A stretch of DNA of 64,000 nucleotides from Mobula birostris (lineage: Eukaryota): NCBI RefSeq assembly GCF_030028105.1, contig NC_092379.1, positions 28,637,821 through 28,701,820 on the forward strand. The letters are read 5' to 3'. Position numbers and translations under genes: made by a program. Shown here piece by piece: positions 49,826 to 62,819 of this stretch (its first letter is position 1; each line of letters starts with the position of its first letter). The notes under the pieces are model-generated. The model searched no databases. It had not been told where the DNA came from and saw only the letters and a program-made list of their open reading frames with translations.

Positions 49826-50687
49826 GTACAGAGTACAGAGAGGAAATTAAGAACCTGGTGGCATAGTCCGAAGACAATAACCTATCACTCAACGTCTGCA
49901 AAACGAAGGAATTGGTTATTGTCTTCAAAAGGAGTAGTGGACTGCACTACCCAATTTACATCGGTGGTGCGCAAGTGGAACAGGTTAAAAGTTTTAAGTT
50001 CTTCGGGGTCAATATCACAAATGACCTGACTTGGTCCAACCAAGCAGAGTCTACTGTCAAGAAGGCCCACCAGCGCCTTTACTTCCTGTGAAAGCTGAGG
50101 AAATTCGCCTGTCCCCTAAAACGCTAACTAATTTTTATAGATGCACCGGAGAATGCATTCTTCTAGGGTGCATCACAACCTGGTATGAATGTTGTCCTGT
50201 CCAAGAAGGAAGAACCTGCAGAAGATCGTAAACACAGCCCAGCACCTCACACAAACCAATCTTCAGTCTTGGACTCACTTTAAACCGCACGCTGTCGGAG
50301 CAGTGCTGCCAGGATAATGAAGGACACGATCACCCAGGCAACACACTTTTCATCCCTTTCACCTCAGGGAGAAGGTTCAGGAGCTTGAAGATTCATACGG
50401 CCAGATTTGGGAACAGCTTCATTCCAACTGTGATATAACTGCTGAACGGATCCTGACCCGGATCTGGGCCGTACCCTCCAAATACCCGGACCTACCTCTC
50501 GTTTTTTATTTATATATGTTTTGCATTACCTTTCTTTCCATTTTTCAATTTTCTATTTATGATTTATAATTTAAATTTTTAATATTCACTACTGATTTGT
50601 ATTCCAGGGAGCGCGAAGCGCAGAAGCAAATATGGCAGTGATGATTGTACGCTTTAGTATCAATTGTTTGGCGACAATAAAGTAAAG
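49826..50687 (+). mobile_element. 5'-truncated Rex1/Babar-like LINE with intact 3' end
   Basis: RT C-terminus, then 3' UTR ending caataaagtaaagta. Confidence 0.8.
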
Positions 50688-51585
50688 TATTTTTGCATTC
50701 TTCTGGTGCTTCATTTCGTACTGCCTCGATAAAGTGTGCAGCGAATCCATATGTATAATCCGAATTAATGCAATCATGCTGCAATAATAAACAAACTTCG
50801 TTTCCAATTTACATATGTAGCAAAATGCTCCAAGTGGCGATAACATCCGATCCGTTTAATCTACTCGTGAAACCAGATTATACAAGCTGTCACTCTGTTA
50901 TCATTCCATTCCATTTCTCCCTCTCTCCCTCTCTGCTCTGCTGCAAGAATAGTATGCGGTCACGTATGTGTACTTTAATCATAAAGTTACTTTGAGCACT
51001 GAAACTCTTTCTCACCTCTCACCAATGCACGGACGAACATTGTATCTGCATTCTCTATTACGCTAAACATTCGCCGGGTTGGTCGTATTATCTAAATATT
51101 CAGTATAAATCATAAGTAGCTGTTGCACCAAGCTTAACATAAGTAACAAGCCGCTTGCAATTCTTTCTCACTCCGAAGACGGCCAATTTTCCCGCGCTGT
51201 GTTTTCCTTTTGTTAGACATTGTCCAATTTAAATATGTCACGCTTGTCGGCAATGCTCATTATTACTCGTTGCAGACACTCGGAGAACGTGGGCAAGGAC
51301 AATGTCAGGCAAGGTTAGCAATCGTGGTATGCCGTTGCAGCAAAAGAGGGTGGGTGAGAGCACATTGTGCTATCTCGGAGATGCATTGTAAAGTTCCAGT
51401 TTAGCTGCGCATTGTAATCAGGAAATGCTACTTTAGATTCGGCAGCTTGAACTGCTGATTGACGCACTTTCAAGGAGGACACGTCACCACGACGACTATC
51501 TCGGTGCGCCTCTTCCTGTTTCACGGAAAAAAGACACCCTCCAGTGAGAGCTTTTTTTGCATTTTACAGGACCAGTTTTACACAG

Positions 51586-52077
51586 ATGCCAGAATTCAAC
51601 ATAAGAGCTTGAGGGCTATACAATTGACCCGTCCAGCTGCCTTTATGCAAACTACTGATGAATCTCACTGGGCAATCTGGATGCCGCTCCATTACTGCTG
51701 TGCTATAATTTGCTTCAGCAAATAATTTGGAGTTTCTCTACAATGTTGAGTGTACCAAAACCTATCTGCATTAGCGTAAGTGTAATCACATTTGAGTGCT
51801 ATGGTCTATCCTCTCTCAGCCGTTCAGTCGGGAGGATCCGGCGTCACTGAATCTTTCCCACTCGTTCCTGCAATAAATGACACAATGCATCAACATAGCT
51901 GGCTTGTATTGAACGCCTGGGAAATTCGCTGGCCACCTTCGCAGGCTCCCCAGGCAACACAGCCAATGCAATCAGTCTAAAACAGAGATTAGATTAGATT
52001 AGATTCAACTTTATTGTGATTGTGCCGAGTACAGATACAAAGCCAGTGAAATGCATTTATTATGAGAAGCAAAACAT
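51586..52077 (-). pseudogene. TCR V pseudogene, paralog of 17535-17930
   Basis: Exon from 51867, HPDCPVR, same 3' deletion, GGGAGC donor, ~75-bp insertion inside the leader. Confidence 0.8.
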
Positions 52078-53555
52078 GGTATCTAATTTATGTCTAGATC
52101 GAACGGCAGATTTATTCCAGGACGTAATTAACACTCACCAGAAATTGTGGTGTGAGATCGTTTCAGCACTACCTTCACTGCCTGGAAGAACCAAAACCTT
52201 TCCGAGCACCGAACAGAATCAGCTTCGTTGCTATATTGTACACTGCCCGAAAAAGACGCTCTGGGTAGCACGTGCTCGTGATCGGAGGATCTGTGAATGT
52301 ATATGTTAAGAGAAATTTGCGAAATTGGACAGATAAATCCGTTGACAATAAGATCATAAGACATAGGAACCAAAGGAGTCTGTTTGGCTTATCGAGTCAG
52401 CTCCGCCATTTCAGATGAAAAGGCGTCGTGATGGAATTATTCGATACACTAAACATATAATTAAAACGAGATTTTCAAAAAGTCAAATATACCATTGGAA
52501 AAACATACTATCAGTTTGTGTTCCTTCGACAGTAACCGGACGTTTTCACTGTTTGTCTCTTCCGTCGGTGGGAAAACACAAAGTTCTCAAAGCAAGTTCC
52601 CATGAAACAACAATAGACTAATTCCACTTGCAAGAGTATTAAACTGTATGATGAAATTGAATTTTAATCTTGGTTTGACCATGCTCTTTATTTCCTGCCT
52701 GCGCTGCATTTTTATACCTGTTGCGCTTTATTTTTGTATCCTTTTATTCTTTTACATTCTACTACCTCGATAAACTGTGTAGTAAATAAACAGAATCAAT
52801 GCAATAATGCGACAATAATTAACAAATTCAGTTTTCAATTTATATGAGTAGCAAAATGCTGCACGCGGTGATAACATCGGATCCATTAAATCTGATTGGG
52901 AAAGCAGATTATACAAGCAATCACTCTGTTGTGATCCCATTCCTTTTCTCTACCCTCGCTCTCTTTTATACGGAAAATGCCTTCAAATATATGAATCTCG
53001 GGACAGTGTGCGGTCACTTATATGTACTTTAATCATAAACTTAATTCAAACATTGAACCTTTTTCTCACAGCTTGGAAATGCAACGACTAAAATAGTATC
53101 TGCATTCTCCAACACGCTAAGCATCCGCAGGTTCTGTCGAATTATCGAAATACTCAGTATAAATCATAAGTAGCTGCTGCAACATCCTTAATTACAGTAG
53201 CATGTCCCTTGCAATTATTTGTCAATTCAAAAACGACCAATTGTCCCACCCTCTGTTTTCCATCAGTCCGCCATTGTGCCATTTAAATAAATCCCGGTTC
53301 CACTGCGTCCTCATTGTTTCATACTGTAGATACTTGAACAAAGTGGCAAAAGACGATGTCAAACAAGGCTGTCAATCATGATGTGCTGTTGCTGCAAAAG
53401 ATGGTGGGTGATTGCACATTCCGGTATCCCAAAAAGTTATAATGCTCAGTTTGTGTCCGCGTTGTTATCAGAAAATGCGCCTTTAGCTTCGGCGCCTTCT
53501 GCTGCTGAATGCAGCGCTCTTAATTAGGGCATGTGACTGTGACTGATTTCTGGGT

Positions 53556-53597
53556 GCGCCCTCTGCAGATTCCTCGGAAAAAGGCGCCCTCCAGTGA
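53556..53597 (-). promoter_or_regulatory. Two tandem CTCF-like motifs downstream of the RSS
   Basis: TCACTGGAGGGCGC (53597-53584) and TCTGCAGAGGGCGC (53569-53556). Confidence 0.6.
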
Positions 53598-53621
53598 GAG
53601 CTTTTTGCAATATACAGAACC

Positions 53622-53660
53622 AGTTTTTGCACGGACCCGCCGTCCCCATATAACAGTGTG
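53622..53660 (-). other. 23-RSS
   Basis: CACACTG + 23 nt + GCAAAAACT. Confidence 0.9.
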
Positions 53661-54083
53661 GTACTCGTTGCACAGAGATACATGGCTGAGTCCGACACGA
53701 GAGCTTCACGGATATTCAGTTGAGAAGTCTTGCTGCCTTTCACTAAAGTAGCGGTAATCCTCTCTGAATGCCGCTGCGTTCCTCCTGTGCTATATAACTT
53801 CAGCAAATAATTTGGAGGTCCTCCAGTATGTTGAATGTACCAAAAGATATTTGCAGTAACGTCGGTGTAACTACAGTTCAGTGTTATGTTCTGTCCTTCT
53901 TCAGTCATTACATCGGGAGGATCCTGCGTCACTGAATATTGCCCACTCGTTCCTGCAAGAAAGGGACAGAATATATCAACAACGCTGGCTTGTATTGAAT
54001 GCCGGGCAATCTCGCTAGCCGGTATCGTGAGACTCACCAGGCAGCACAGCCAATGCAATCAACAATGAACGGAGGGAAATCAT
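53661..54083 (-). CDS. Intact TCR alpha/delta-type V gene segment (leader 54083-54038, V exon 53952-53661); paralog of 20313-20735
   Basis: Leader MISLRSLLIALAVLP|G with GTGAGT donor. Open 292-nt exon ...LNCSY...FWYIQ...DSAMYLCATS, then a 23-RSS. Confidence 0.92.
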
Positions 54084-54329
54084 GCTGTCTAATTTCTGGC
54101 TGATTCGATCGGCAAATTCCTTCCAGGGCGTTATTATCACAACAGATTTGTGGTAGAAGATAATTTCAGCGATATATTTCACCTTGTGTAAAACCGGAGG
54201 TGTTTCTCTGGTTAAAAGATTGCTGACAGAAAGAACCGAGCGTTCCAGAGCACCAATCAGAAGCTGTTTTGTATCCATGCGTCATTCTGCCTGTTCCTCC
54301 GCTCTTACAATGTCCCGTGTTCATCCCCC

Positions 54330-54390
<61 letters not shown>

Positions 54391-54599
54391 CTCTCTTCTC
54401 TGTTTAAACACAACATAATCACATGCCTATAATTTTATTCCATTCTGTCCAGATATCGTCCTCTCGCATCAGTCATTTCCACTCTTAGGTCAAAGCGCTA
54501 GTCGTTCACTTTGTTTTATGCCCCTCATCATATCATACAGAGCTATTAGGTTACCCCTTACCTTCCGTCGTTCTAAAAACAAAGGTCCTTGCTCCCTAA

Positions 54600-54844
54600 A
54601 ACTGAAATGTCCCGTGGAATATAAATGCACTTTCGGATTTGTAACTGAGTTTGAACATTGCGATTCGTTCTCCTTTAATGTTCAATGAAGAGCGATAAAT
54701 CTTTCCCAGACGATTCTGCAAAATAAGGACAATAGGACTGAACACTCAATGCCCCGTTGCACATGAGAAACACCAGCTGACTACTTGTGCAATGGTACGC
54801 CGGGCAGCATAACCCATGTTATCGGTAAGGACCTGGAAGCACAT
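54600..54844 (-). pseudogene. V relic (leader plus 5' part), cut by a CR1 fragment
   Basis: Colinear with 21546-21792. Confidence 0.5.
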
Positions 54845-54954
54845 AGAGTCTACTTTCAGGCGAAATCTAAGCCAGATTACACTCAAGAAGCTAACACGGC
54901 AAACTGGCGAAAATTATGTCAGGTACGCTACACCCTTCACATCGTGAAAAACCT

Positions 54955-56196
54955 CCTTGTTGCAAGAGGGCGTTTAAGGAGCCGACCCAAATGCAAGACA
55001 CAGGACACCGATGTACGAGGAACTGGACTAACACTATCAAGAATGGAAGGGAATTCGGGAAGCTGGGATTGATCAGAGGGCAATCTATGTAAGAGCAAAG
55101 CGTAAACGGGAATACGCGTAGATGGACAGGGACACAGGCCCTGAACTAGGACTAGGACTCAGGGCCTGGGATAGGACTTGGACTAGGAGCACAGGACCCG
55201 GGCGTGGAACTTGGAACAAGGAGCCTGGACTAGGAACTCGTAACTCCGGAACCAGAGTCTGAACAGGTCTCGGAAGCTGGGTCTTGACTTGGTCCCGAAC
55301 CCGGGCCTAGGCTAGGACTCGGGACTAGGACCTCCGCCAGGACTCGGGAGGAGGACTTGTATCGGACTTGAAATTCGGCTGGGACTTGGATCGGAATTGA
55401 CACTCGACAAGGACCTGGAACACGAGGCCTTGACTTGGACTGGACTGGAACATGAAGCTTTGACTTGAACTGGATTGTAACACGAAACACAGAGCCGGGA
55501 CCCCTCCTTGGATACAGGATATGGGGTTGGGACTCCTCTTAGACACCGAACACAGAGCCAGAACCCCTCCTTGAGTAAAAGACATAGGGCCGGGACTCCT
55601 CTTATACACAGAACACTGAACAGAAAGAGATAGATCCCGACTCAAAGTAGCGGCAAACAGCTGGACCTAGATAGCGAAGGCGAGAACACGAAGAGACAAG
55701 ACCACACAACAATAGACTGTTCCTTATATTGACGAGAGAAGGCTTCAGTCTCACTTCGGCGGGTTAACTTGACGGGGATTCGGACGAAGTCACAGATGCA
55801 GTTGTAGAGGAGGTCACAGACGAGGTCACTGGCGAAGGTTGCTGACAAAGTTTCAGAGCAGGCTTCAATCGAGGTTACATACGAGTTTACAGACGAGGTA
55901 CAGACGAGGTAACTCACGGGGTTCTGAATGGAACAGTGCATGCACTATCACTGGACCCCAGAGCTATTTATGTTGCCAGCCCGAGACGAGAATCAGGTGC
56001 CTCAGTTAAGGCCCCGGATGGAACAAGGGAAAAACGAAAGAACTGGAGTACCGAATCCACGAACCGGACCGTGAACCAGAATGCACATTTCACGGAATGG
56101 ACCCTGATATCGGTAAATTGCGCTGCTACATGTGAGTGGAACCGGCGAAGTCAGAACTGAGCCTATTTAGCCAGCGATCTGATTGGAACTATGACA
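54955..56196 (-). mobile_element. LTR-like element with a GGACTW hexamer array
   Basis: Begins TGTCATAG on minus, internal imperfect ggactt/ggacta repeats; only a terminal remnant in unit A (~21840). Confidence 0.5.
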
Positions 56197-56360
56197 TTGT
56201 CGGTTTCGTAATAATTTACTCTAATTCTAATGTATTTGTCGATCTCATCATCCGTCCTTCGTTGTACTCTAAATGACACTTCATTTCTTGCTATGGATCT
56301 CCGTCCTTGGTCCGTCCTTTGCGACTGCCTTATAATTTCATCGCCGTGGCACGCTGTGTC

Positions 56361-56491
56361 NNNNNNNNNNNNNNNNNNNNNNNNNNNNNNNNNNNNNNNN
56401 NNNNNNNNNNNNNNNNNNNNNNNNNNNNNNNNNNNNNNNNNNNNNNNNNNNNNNNNNNNNNNNNNNNNNNNNNNNNNNNNNNNNNNNNNNN
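56361..56491. other. Assembly gap (131 N)
   Basis: N run. The paralogous position in unit A (~22030-22150) contains a CT microsatellite. Confidence 0.98.
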
Positions 56492-56724
56492 GCTCTGTGG
56501 GTACATCAGTTTACAAGCTGCCAGTTCACTGGATATTCCGCTATTCATTGTCAATCTGAAAATCTTAGCCAATGTTGTCTAGTCACATGCACCCTCAGTA
56601 TCTCCAGGTTGCACTTATCTTCACTGTAAATCGCACAAGCTCGTCAAAAATTATGTCCAGCCAAATGTTAACCACACAATATTGTTAAAGGCAACAGACA
56701 TACAACATAAGAACTCCAGGTATA

Positions 56725-57110
56725 TATATATATATATAAATGAGCTGACTCCGCCTCTGTGTATATCAGCTGAAAATCTCGCCGAGCATTTTGGAGTTTG
56801 CTCCAGTGTTCCTGAGCCATCTACCTTCAGCATTTATTTTTCGAGATATTCCGCGATGCTGAGTGTATCAAAAATATTTGCATTATTTCTTGTGTAATTG
56901 CAGTTTAGTGTTATGAGCTGACTTTCGTGAGTCGTTAATTTGTTAACATGCTAGATCACTGAACCATTCTCCCTCGTTCCTGCATTAAAGGACAAAATGC
57001 ACTAATATCCCAAACTTGCACTAAACTCACGTGGCAGACTCTGGTCATATGTGCAGCGTTCCGCCTGTCAGGATGACGAATGTAATGAATACGAAACAAA
57101 GGGAGCACAT
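56725..57110 (-). pseudogene. TCR V pseudogene, paralog of 22625-23003
   Basis: Leader MCSLCFVFITFVILT|G (57110-57065), GC donor, 3' end lost. Confidence 0.75.
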
Positions 57111-58090
57111 TCTTCTGACTTCCGCCTCGATAGGACGGCAGATAACTTCCAAGAAATTATCGCTATAGCAGATGTTAGGGAGTAAAATCGTATCAAAAAT
57201 AGATTTCACAGTGCCCTGCTCAACGATTAGTAGATAAAACGCAGCCGAGGCTCTATGAACAGGAAAAACAAAATCGGATTATTTTGATTTACGCTCTCTG
57301 CCTTTTTCCCCCACACTCTCTGTCTTTCTCCCCATATCTCTATTTACCCTCCTCTCTCTCCCTTTATCTATTTACCTGTCTTTCTCTCTTTCTCGCTCTG
57401 TCTCCGTCTCACTTTCTCACTCTCTTGCTCTCTCCCCACCTTCTTCTCTCTTTCGCTATCCTTCTGAACATTAATTTCTATTTATCTACCTCTTTTGTTG
57501 GCTCCGTGAATTCATTATCGCTTCCTTTGCCTCTGCTCTCTCCCTTCTCACACCATGTGACTGCGTGCAACAGCGTATTACTGAGTCATCCACCATGTCA
57601 TGACTTTCTACTGGTCCTGCTATCTATCCTATCAATAGCCTTTTAAGTTATTGACGAAGTACCTTTCAGCATCATATCTATCAGCATCCCGCTAGATATT
57701 CCTTGTCAATAGTACACCAAATATTTACTCCCTAATTTTTTTCTGTAAGCGAGCCGATCTCCTATCCATGGCAACAGACTCAATTGAGAATTTATTTCTG
57801 CAGTTGTCTTCGGCCTCACATCTTAATGGCTCCTTTCTCAGAATGTAAAGAGAGACCCTGTAAGTCCTGGTCACCGTGTACCATGAAGGAAATCTTGCGA
57901 AGAGTTCAAAGTCGTGACCGTGTGTTGTAGACAACAAGGGGAAATGGATATTGCGATGTCTCGAACATCTTTTAACTTCTTATTTGTACCAACAAACTGA
58001 ATTTAGGCCTAGCCACCTGCGATCCTGAGAGCTGCCAGATTAAGGCGAACGAGTGACCTTCCTTGCCGATTATTCCCCTTTAACGGTGCG

Positions 58091-58190
58091 TGCTGCAAGG
58101 CAGAAAGATGCAATGAAGAGTCCGACGCAAGAGCCTCGGTCTTTTATCATTGAACCATCTTCGATCATTTCGCAAAGCAGTGGTAAACAG
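58091..58190 (-). pseudogene. V 3' relic
   Basis: FTTAL...ALASDSSLHLSAL (YLC to HLS), followed by heptamer-like CGCACCG. Confidence 0.45.
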
Positions 58191-58263
58191 CAAAACATCA
58201 ATTAATGACAGGTTGGGGTGCGGAAAAGAGACAGCGATGATGCTATGAATACAGTCTTCTCAG

Positions 58264-60432
58264 CAGGGGCTGCGCTAATATGGTGCTAGCTGGGGCTATA
58301 GTCCCAGAAGAAATTGCAATAGCACCAGTGTAGCACCACCAAGACATTAACTGAAATTTCACATACAAATTGCAGCTGCTTTGCTTTCTCTGTGTAGTTT
58401 TGAATACAGCTTGTTTCTCCAGCTGAGCTAGTGAAACAGCGCCCTCAACTACCATAGCGCCCACGCAGCAATAAAGTTATAAACTCTGTCAGATCTACTC
58501 TAAACTTCTATTCATTCGTTCGTTGTCAATGTCTCGCCGTTGCTGTCCTCAGATCAGTTAAGCTGATCGAAGACCACTTAAGTCGGTGATGTCACTCACT
58601 CTCACTCACGGGAGAGATTGATAGTATGCATCCAGGCGCAGATCCATGGTCTCGCGTGACTAACGGATGCCCCCCATACACACACTCATTGTGTTTTTAC
58701 AAGCTAGCGTGAGCCTGGCACGTGCACTATTTTGACGGCGTGAAAAATTAATCGATTTTTGGGAGAAAATGACCTCGTCCAGAACAGTCAGTGGTGCCTC
58801 AGCCTGAGCTTGTCTTAGCTGAAAGTGACGTGCAGAAAGAAGTAAGTGGGGATGACGACGACAGCAGTTCATCGAAGGAGTGTCAGAGTGAAGTGGAGGA
58901 ACAAGAAATGGAGCGGGTTTCGGTAGAGAACGTAGACGAAGCTGCTCTTAGTGTTAGTGGGAATACTGTTAGCGATAATAGCCAGCAGCCCGAGGAAGGA
59001 CCCCATCGGCCAGCGTTGAAAAAGTACCCTTCGCTGCTCGTAACAGTTTGGCATTCAGCAAAGGATTTTTATTCGTGGTTGGCTTGACTGACTGGAATAT
59101 TCGATCACTAAAGATACCACGTTCTGCTTCGCATGCAGGCAATTCCTGTGTGCAGGACATGGGTTCCATTCTGAGTCTACTATCACCGTAACCGGTTACC
59201 ACAACTGTCGGAAAACTACAACAGCTTTCAAAACCCATCATGTAAGTGCAGCCCATAAGTTTGCGATGGAGGCGCGGGCCGAATTCAAATTGAGAAAACA
59301 AGACGGTTCAAGATTGGGAAATATGCTTGATAAAGGACATGCAAAGATTGTCCAAGAAAAGCGTGAGCATATGTGAGCTGTGGTTGAGTCTCTAGCAATG
59401 GCAGACAGCGAATGACACAATGGAATTTCTAGCGCCAATGAGACCCTACCGCGATGCATTTATAGATTTATACAGACTAATCTGCATATCACTGACTCTA
59501 CCGGCGACATCTGTTTCATGCAAATGGAATTTCTCTTGCTTCAGACGCCTCAAAATCTACCTAAGGAATAGCAGCGGCGATGTTCGGATCAGCAACTGGG
59601 CCCTGTTGGCCATAAACAGCCGGAGGACCAAAGCACTTGACATTCAGAAAATCCTTGGTGCTTTCACCACCAATCACAACAACAGACGGATTGAGCTTCT
59701 CTGAAAACACCAGTGGGGAGTGCAGTTGCTTTTATTTTTTTAATTTGGGCCAACACTAATGCTGATTATTATTATTACTTTGTGGTGGATAGCCCATAGT
59801 CCTTATGTTTCCTGCAAGTCCTAAACTATTACATTTACTCTTATAAGCCTACTGGTTTTGGTTAGGCTTCCAAGCGGTGATTCTGTTCATTTTTGTTTTA
59901 AATTCAGTAGCCGAATTAATTGTGATATTGCATGGTCACATTACGATTTGTCCAACTCCTGGTAAATCCTTGCATCTGTTGTTTACCTTATTTGACTTTA
60001 ATAACGGTGTGTCTTTTGGCATTGTCTGCCTATGTAATGAGAATAGCAGTGGACATTGTGGGTTAGTGTTGTGTTTTTCAGTTGAAAAGCAAGCATTTGA
60101 CGTTGATTGCGGGATTGGTGCGTGATTCACGTTGTGCGCTATGGGACGGATAAATTTTTGGTTTGTTTGTGTATACTCTGTGCAGCCCGGGTTCTCTCCA
60201 CTGGTGTTCACACTGTCACAGTTCACTTCTATATTATACTTATCAATTGCTGTTGCTTGTGAATCAACAGAGGCATTTGTAGTAGGCACATAATGCCTGA
60301 AGCTGACTTACTTACGCCATGCGTCTGGCCTTGCGAATACATATTACCATAGGGTGCATCCCTCAGCCCCATCACTGAATAATTCAGCCCGACCGCAGCA
60401 CCAGCAAGAAAAAAATCTATGGCCTGCCACTT
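58264..60432 (+). mobile_element. Internally deleted hAT transposon (ZMYM1-like: TTF zinc finger plus dimerisation domain)
   Basis: WLEYSITKDTTFCFACRQF and LYRLICISLTLPATSVSCKWNFSCFRRLKIYLRNS; ends approximate. Confidence 0.8.
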
Positions 60433-60967
60433 GTTCTCTGCATAATCACAACATATTCAAAAACGTATCAATGTGTAATCATACCCAATAAATTTCTAAT
60501 CATATATTTTTCACATGGTCGCTTCTTTGACATCGGCAGTATTCCGCTGGAAGTAGCTAATTTATTTATTTGCTTGCTTAGATAGCTGTTGCTGATATAT
60601 CACGCAATAGTCCCTTCGGTCAACGTTTTTCCATCTTCCAGCACTCAACTAGTTATTCAATGTCAGCAAGTGTTTGTTTAGTCTTTGTTTGCTGTTGCAG
60701 TGCCAAATTGCTACCCACGCCAATAGACTCATGAAAGCACACTCGGTGTAGCCAACAATCTCTTTGTTAAAAAAAAAATGGTCACATCGGCATCCCCCTT
60801 GTAATTACTTGCCATCGCATTAAAATATCGTAATCTCGCATGAGCCATTTCCACTCTTAGGTCAAAGCGCTGATTGCCCTCTCTACCTATTCCTCTTGAC
60901 ATATTAAACACAGTTATTAAGTTACCCCTCATCTTCCTTCGTTCCAAAATGAAAGGTGCTTGTTTGC

Positions 60968-61216
60968 AGAAGCTGAAATGAACGGTGAAATATACAGGCA
61001 CTTGCGGATGTGTACCTGAAGTTCAGCATTACGATTCGTCTTCCTTTAATTGTCGATGCAGAGAGCCAGATCTTTCCCAAACGCTTCTTCAAAAGAAGGG
61101 GGAAAAAATGAACATCAATTGCTCCCATGGCACCTGCGAGGCGTCCACTAACTACTTGCGAAAAGATTCACCAGGCAGCGTTGACGATATAATCAGTAAC
61201 GATGAAGGACCCACAT
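60968..61216 (-). pseudogene. V relic (leader plus 5' part), cut by a CR1 fragment
   Basis: Paralog of 14191-14416; GTGAAT donor; GRRIVMLNFRYT. Confidence 0.5.
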
Positions 61217-61499
61217 GGATCTGCTTTCACGCATTGTCTTCAGCCAGATAACAAGAAGCTAATATCACAGATTTGCGAGAATGATGTCAGATACGCTGCA
61301 CCCTTCACTTCGTGGAAAACCTGCGTAATTTGCTCTGCTAACTGGGAGTTGAACCGTGGAAGTTAGAGCTGAGGTTATTGAACCACCGTCGTGAATGGAA
61401 CTAATACACTCTCTGTTTATTTATCAGTCACTCTTGTTCATTCAGGTGCCTTGCCGTTCGGCGTGGGCGATAATGTTTGTCCATCCACCACGATCCCTG

Positions 61500-62200
61500 A
61501 CCCTCCAAATTCTAGTTGTTGCCTCCCCTGTTTCTAAACATGACGTTATTCCATCTATCATTTTCATTCTCTGCCTGCCCCTGCTTTTTTTATTTCCAGT
61601 TTTCCAGTTGTAACTAAATGTTCTAACGTCTTTCTTCGGATGAGGTGTTCAAAGAATTTTGATTGCTGTTTTCTTATTTTTGTACGTAATGTACGTTTTG
61701 TCTTTTGTCAAAGAACTTTTTCTTTGCTTATTCTGTCCGTATATGATATGCATAGCATTCTCCTGAGGAACCACAGCTCTGCGGCATTGCTTCTTTTTTT
61801 CTGTTGCATTTGTGATGGTCCATGACTAGCAGCCATACATCAATATAGGAAGAATGTAGCAGTTGAGAGTTCTAAGGCGGACGTCAATTGCTATTTTCTT
61901 GTTCGTTGGGATGTTTCTCATTTCTGTAAATGTTGTTCTTGCCATTGTTATTCTTGCTTTTATGTCTGTACCACCTCCTTAATATGATCAGTCGTATCAG
62001 ATATTACCATTACTACAGTTTTCTTTCTGCTTAGGATTAGTCCAAGTCTTTCGCTCTCTGTGTTGATGGTAGTTCATTCATACTAACTACGTTCTGTTTG
62101 TCAATCTCACCCTTCCCTTCTTCGTTTTACTTTAATTCACAGTTCATTTCTTGCAATGAATTCCTTCACTGTTCCCTATTTTGTTACTGTCCTATATCTC
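61500..62200 (-). mobile_element. Decayed RTE-type LINE
   Basis: DIKARITMARTTF...CYILPILMYGC*SWT...AAELWFLRRML on minus. Confidence 0.75.
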
Positions 62201-62754
62201 CGACGCTATGTCACTCAATGCTTCTCTGTCTGCCTCTGTATTCCAATCTGCAATTTTAGAAAATCATCAATGTAGCTTTAAACCCGTTGAGGGAACATCC
62301 TTTAATCCAACGCCAGTACACTCCGTATTAATTTTCAAACCGTAAAGTAAACATCCTCTTATCTGCACTTTTAGGAAGCTAATGTCAATAGACCCCAGCT
62401 GAAATTTATCTTTATCAGAAGCATTTAGTGTGACAGAATGTCCAATGCTGTCTGGTCATATGCAACCTCGGTATCTTTAGGTTTCACTCATCTTCACTGT
62501 TAATCCCTCACGGCAATGAAAAATAAAGTCCAGCAAAAAATTAAACACAAGATATTTTTACAAGCAACAAAGAGACATGGACACCACCATATAGTAGAAA
62601 TACTTCGGAAAGCCACCACAATATTCCTAGTTAAATCTAAATTCAAGATGTTTTCCACAAGTTTGGGCGCATTTTGCTGCTGAATGCGCATTTCAAATCG
62701 ACCACGTGATCCCCATGCTTTCTGCGTACAGCTGTTCCAGTTCCCCAGCAAAAG

Positions 62755-62768
62755 GCGCCCTGCAGTGA
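62755..62768 (-). promoter_or_regulatory. CTCF-like motif 12 bp downstream of the RSS nonamer
   Basis: TCACTGCAGGGCGC. Confidence 0.5.
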
Positions 62769-62780
62769 TCACGCAACGCT

Positions 62781-62819
62781 GGTTTTTGTTCAGACCCGCT
62801 GCTTCCCTGCAACACTGAG
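62781..62819 (-). other. 23-RSS with broken heptamer
   Basis: CTCAGTG + 23 nt + perfect nonamer ACAAAAACC. Confidence 0.8.

Larger units (their letters stand above)
29040..57730. repeat. Segmental duplication unit B
   Basis: As for unit A. B lacks A 5790-7745 and 10755-15055, and has extra TEs plus a local tandem copy (48.6-52.2 kb). Confidence 0.9.
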
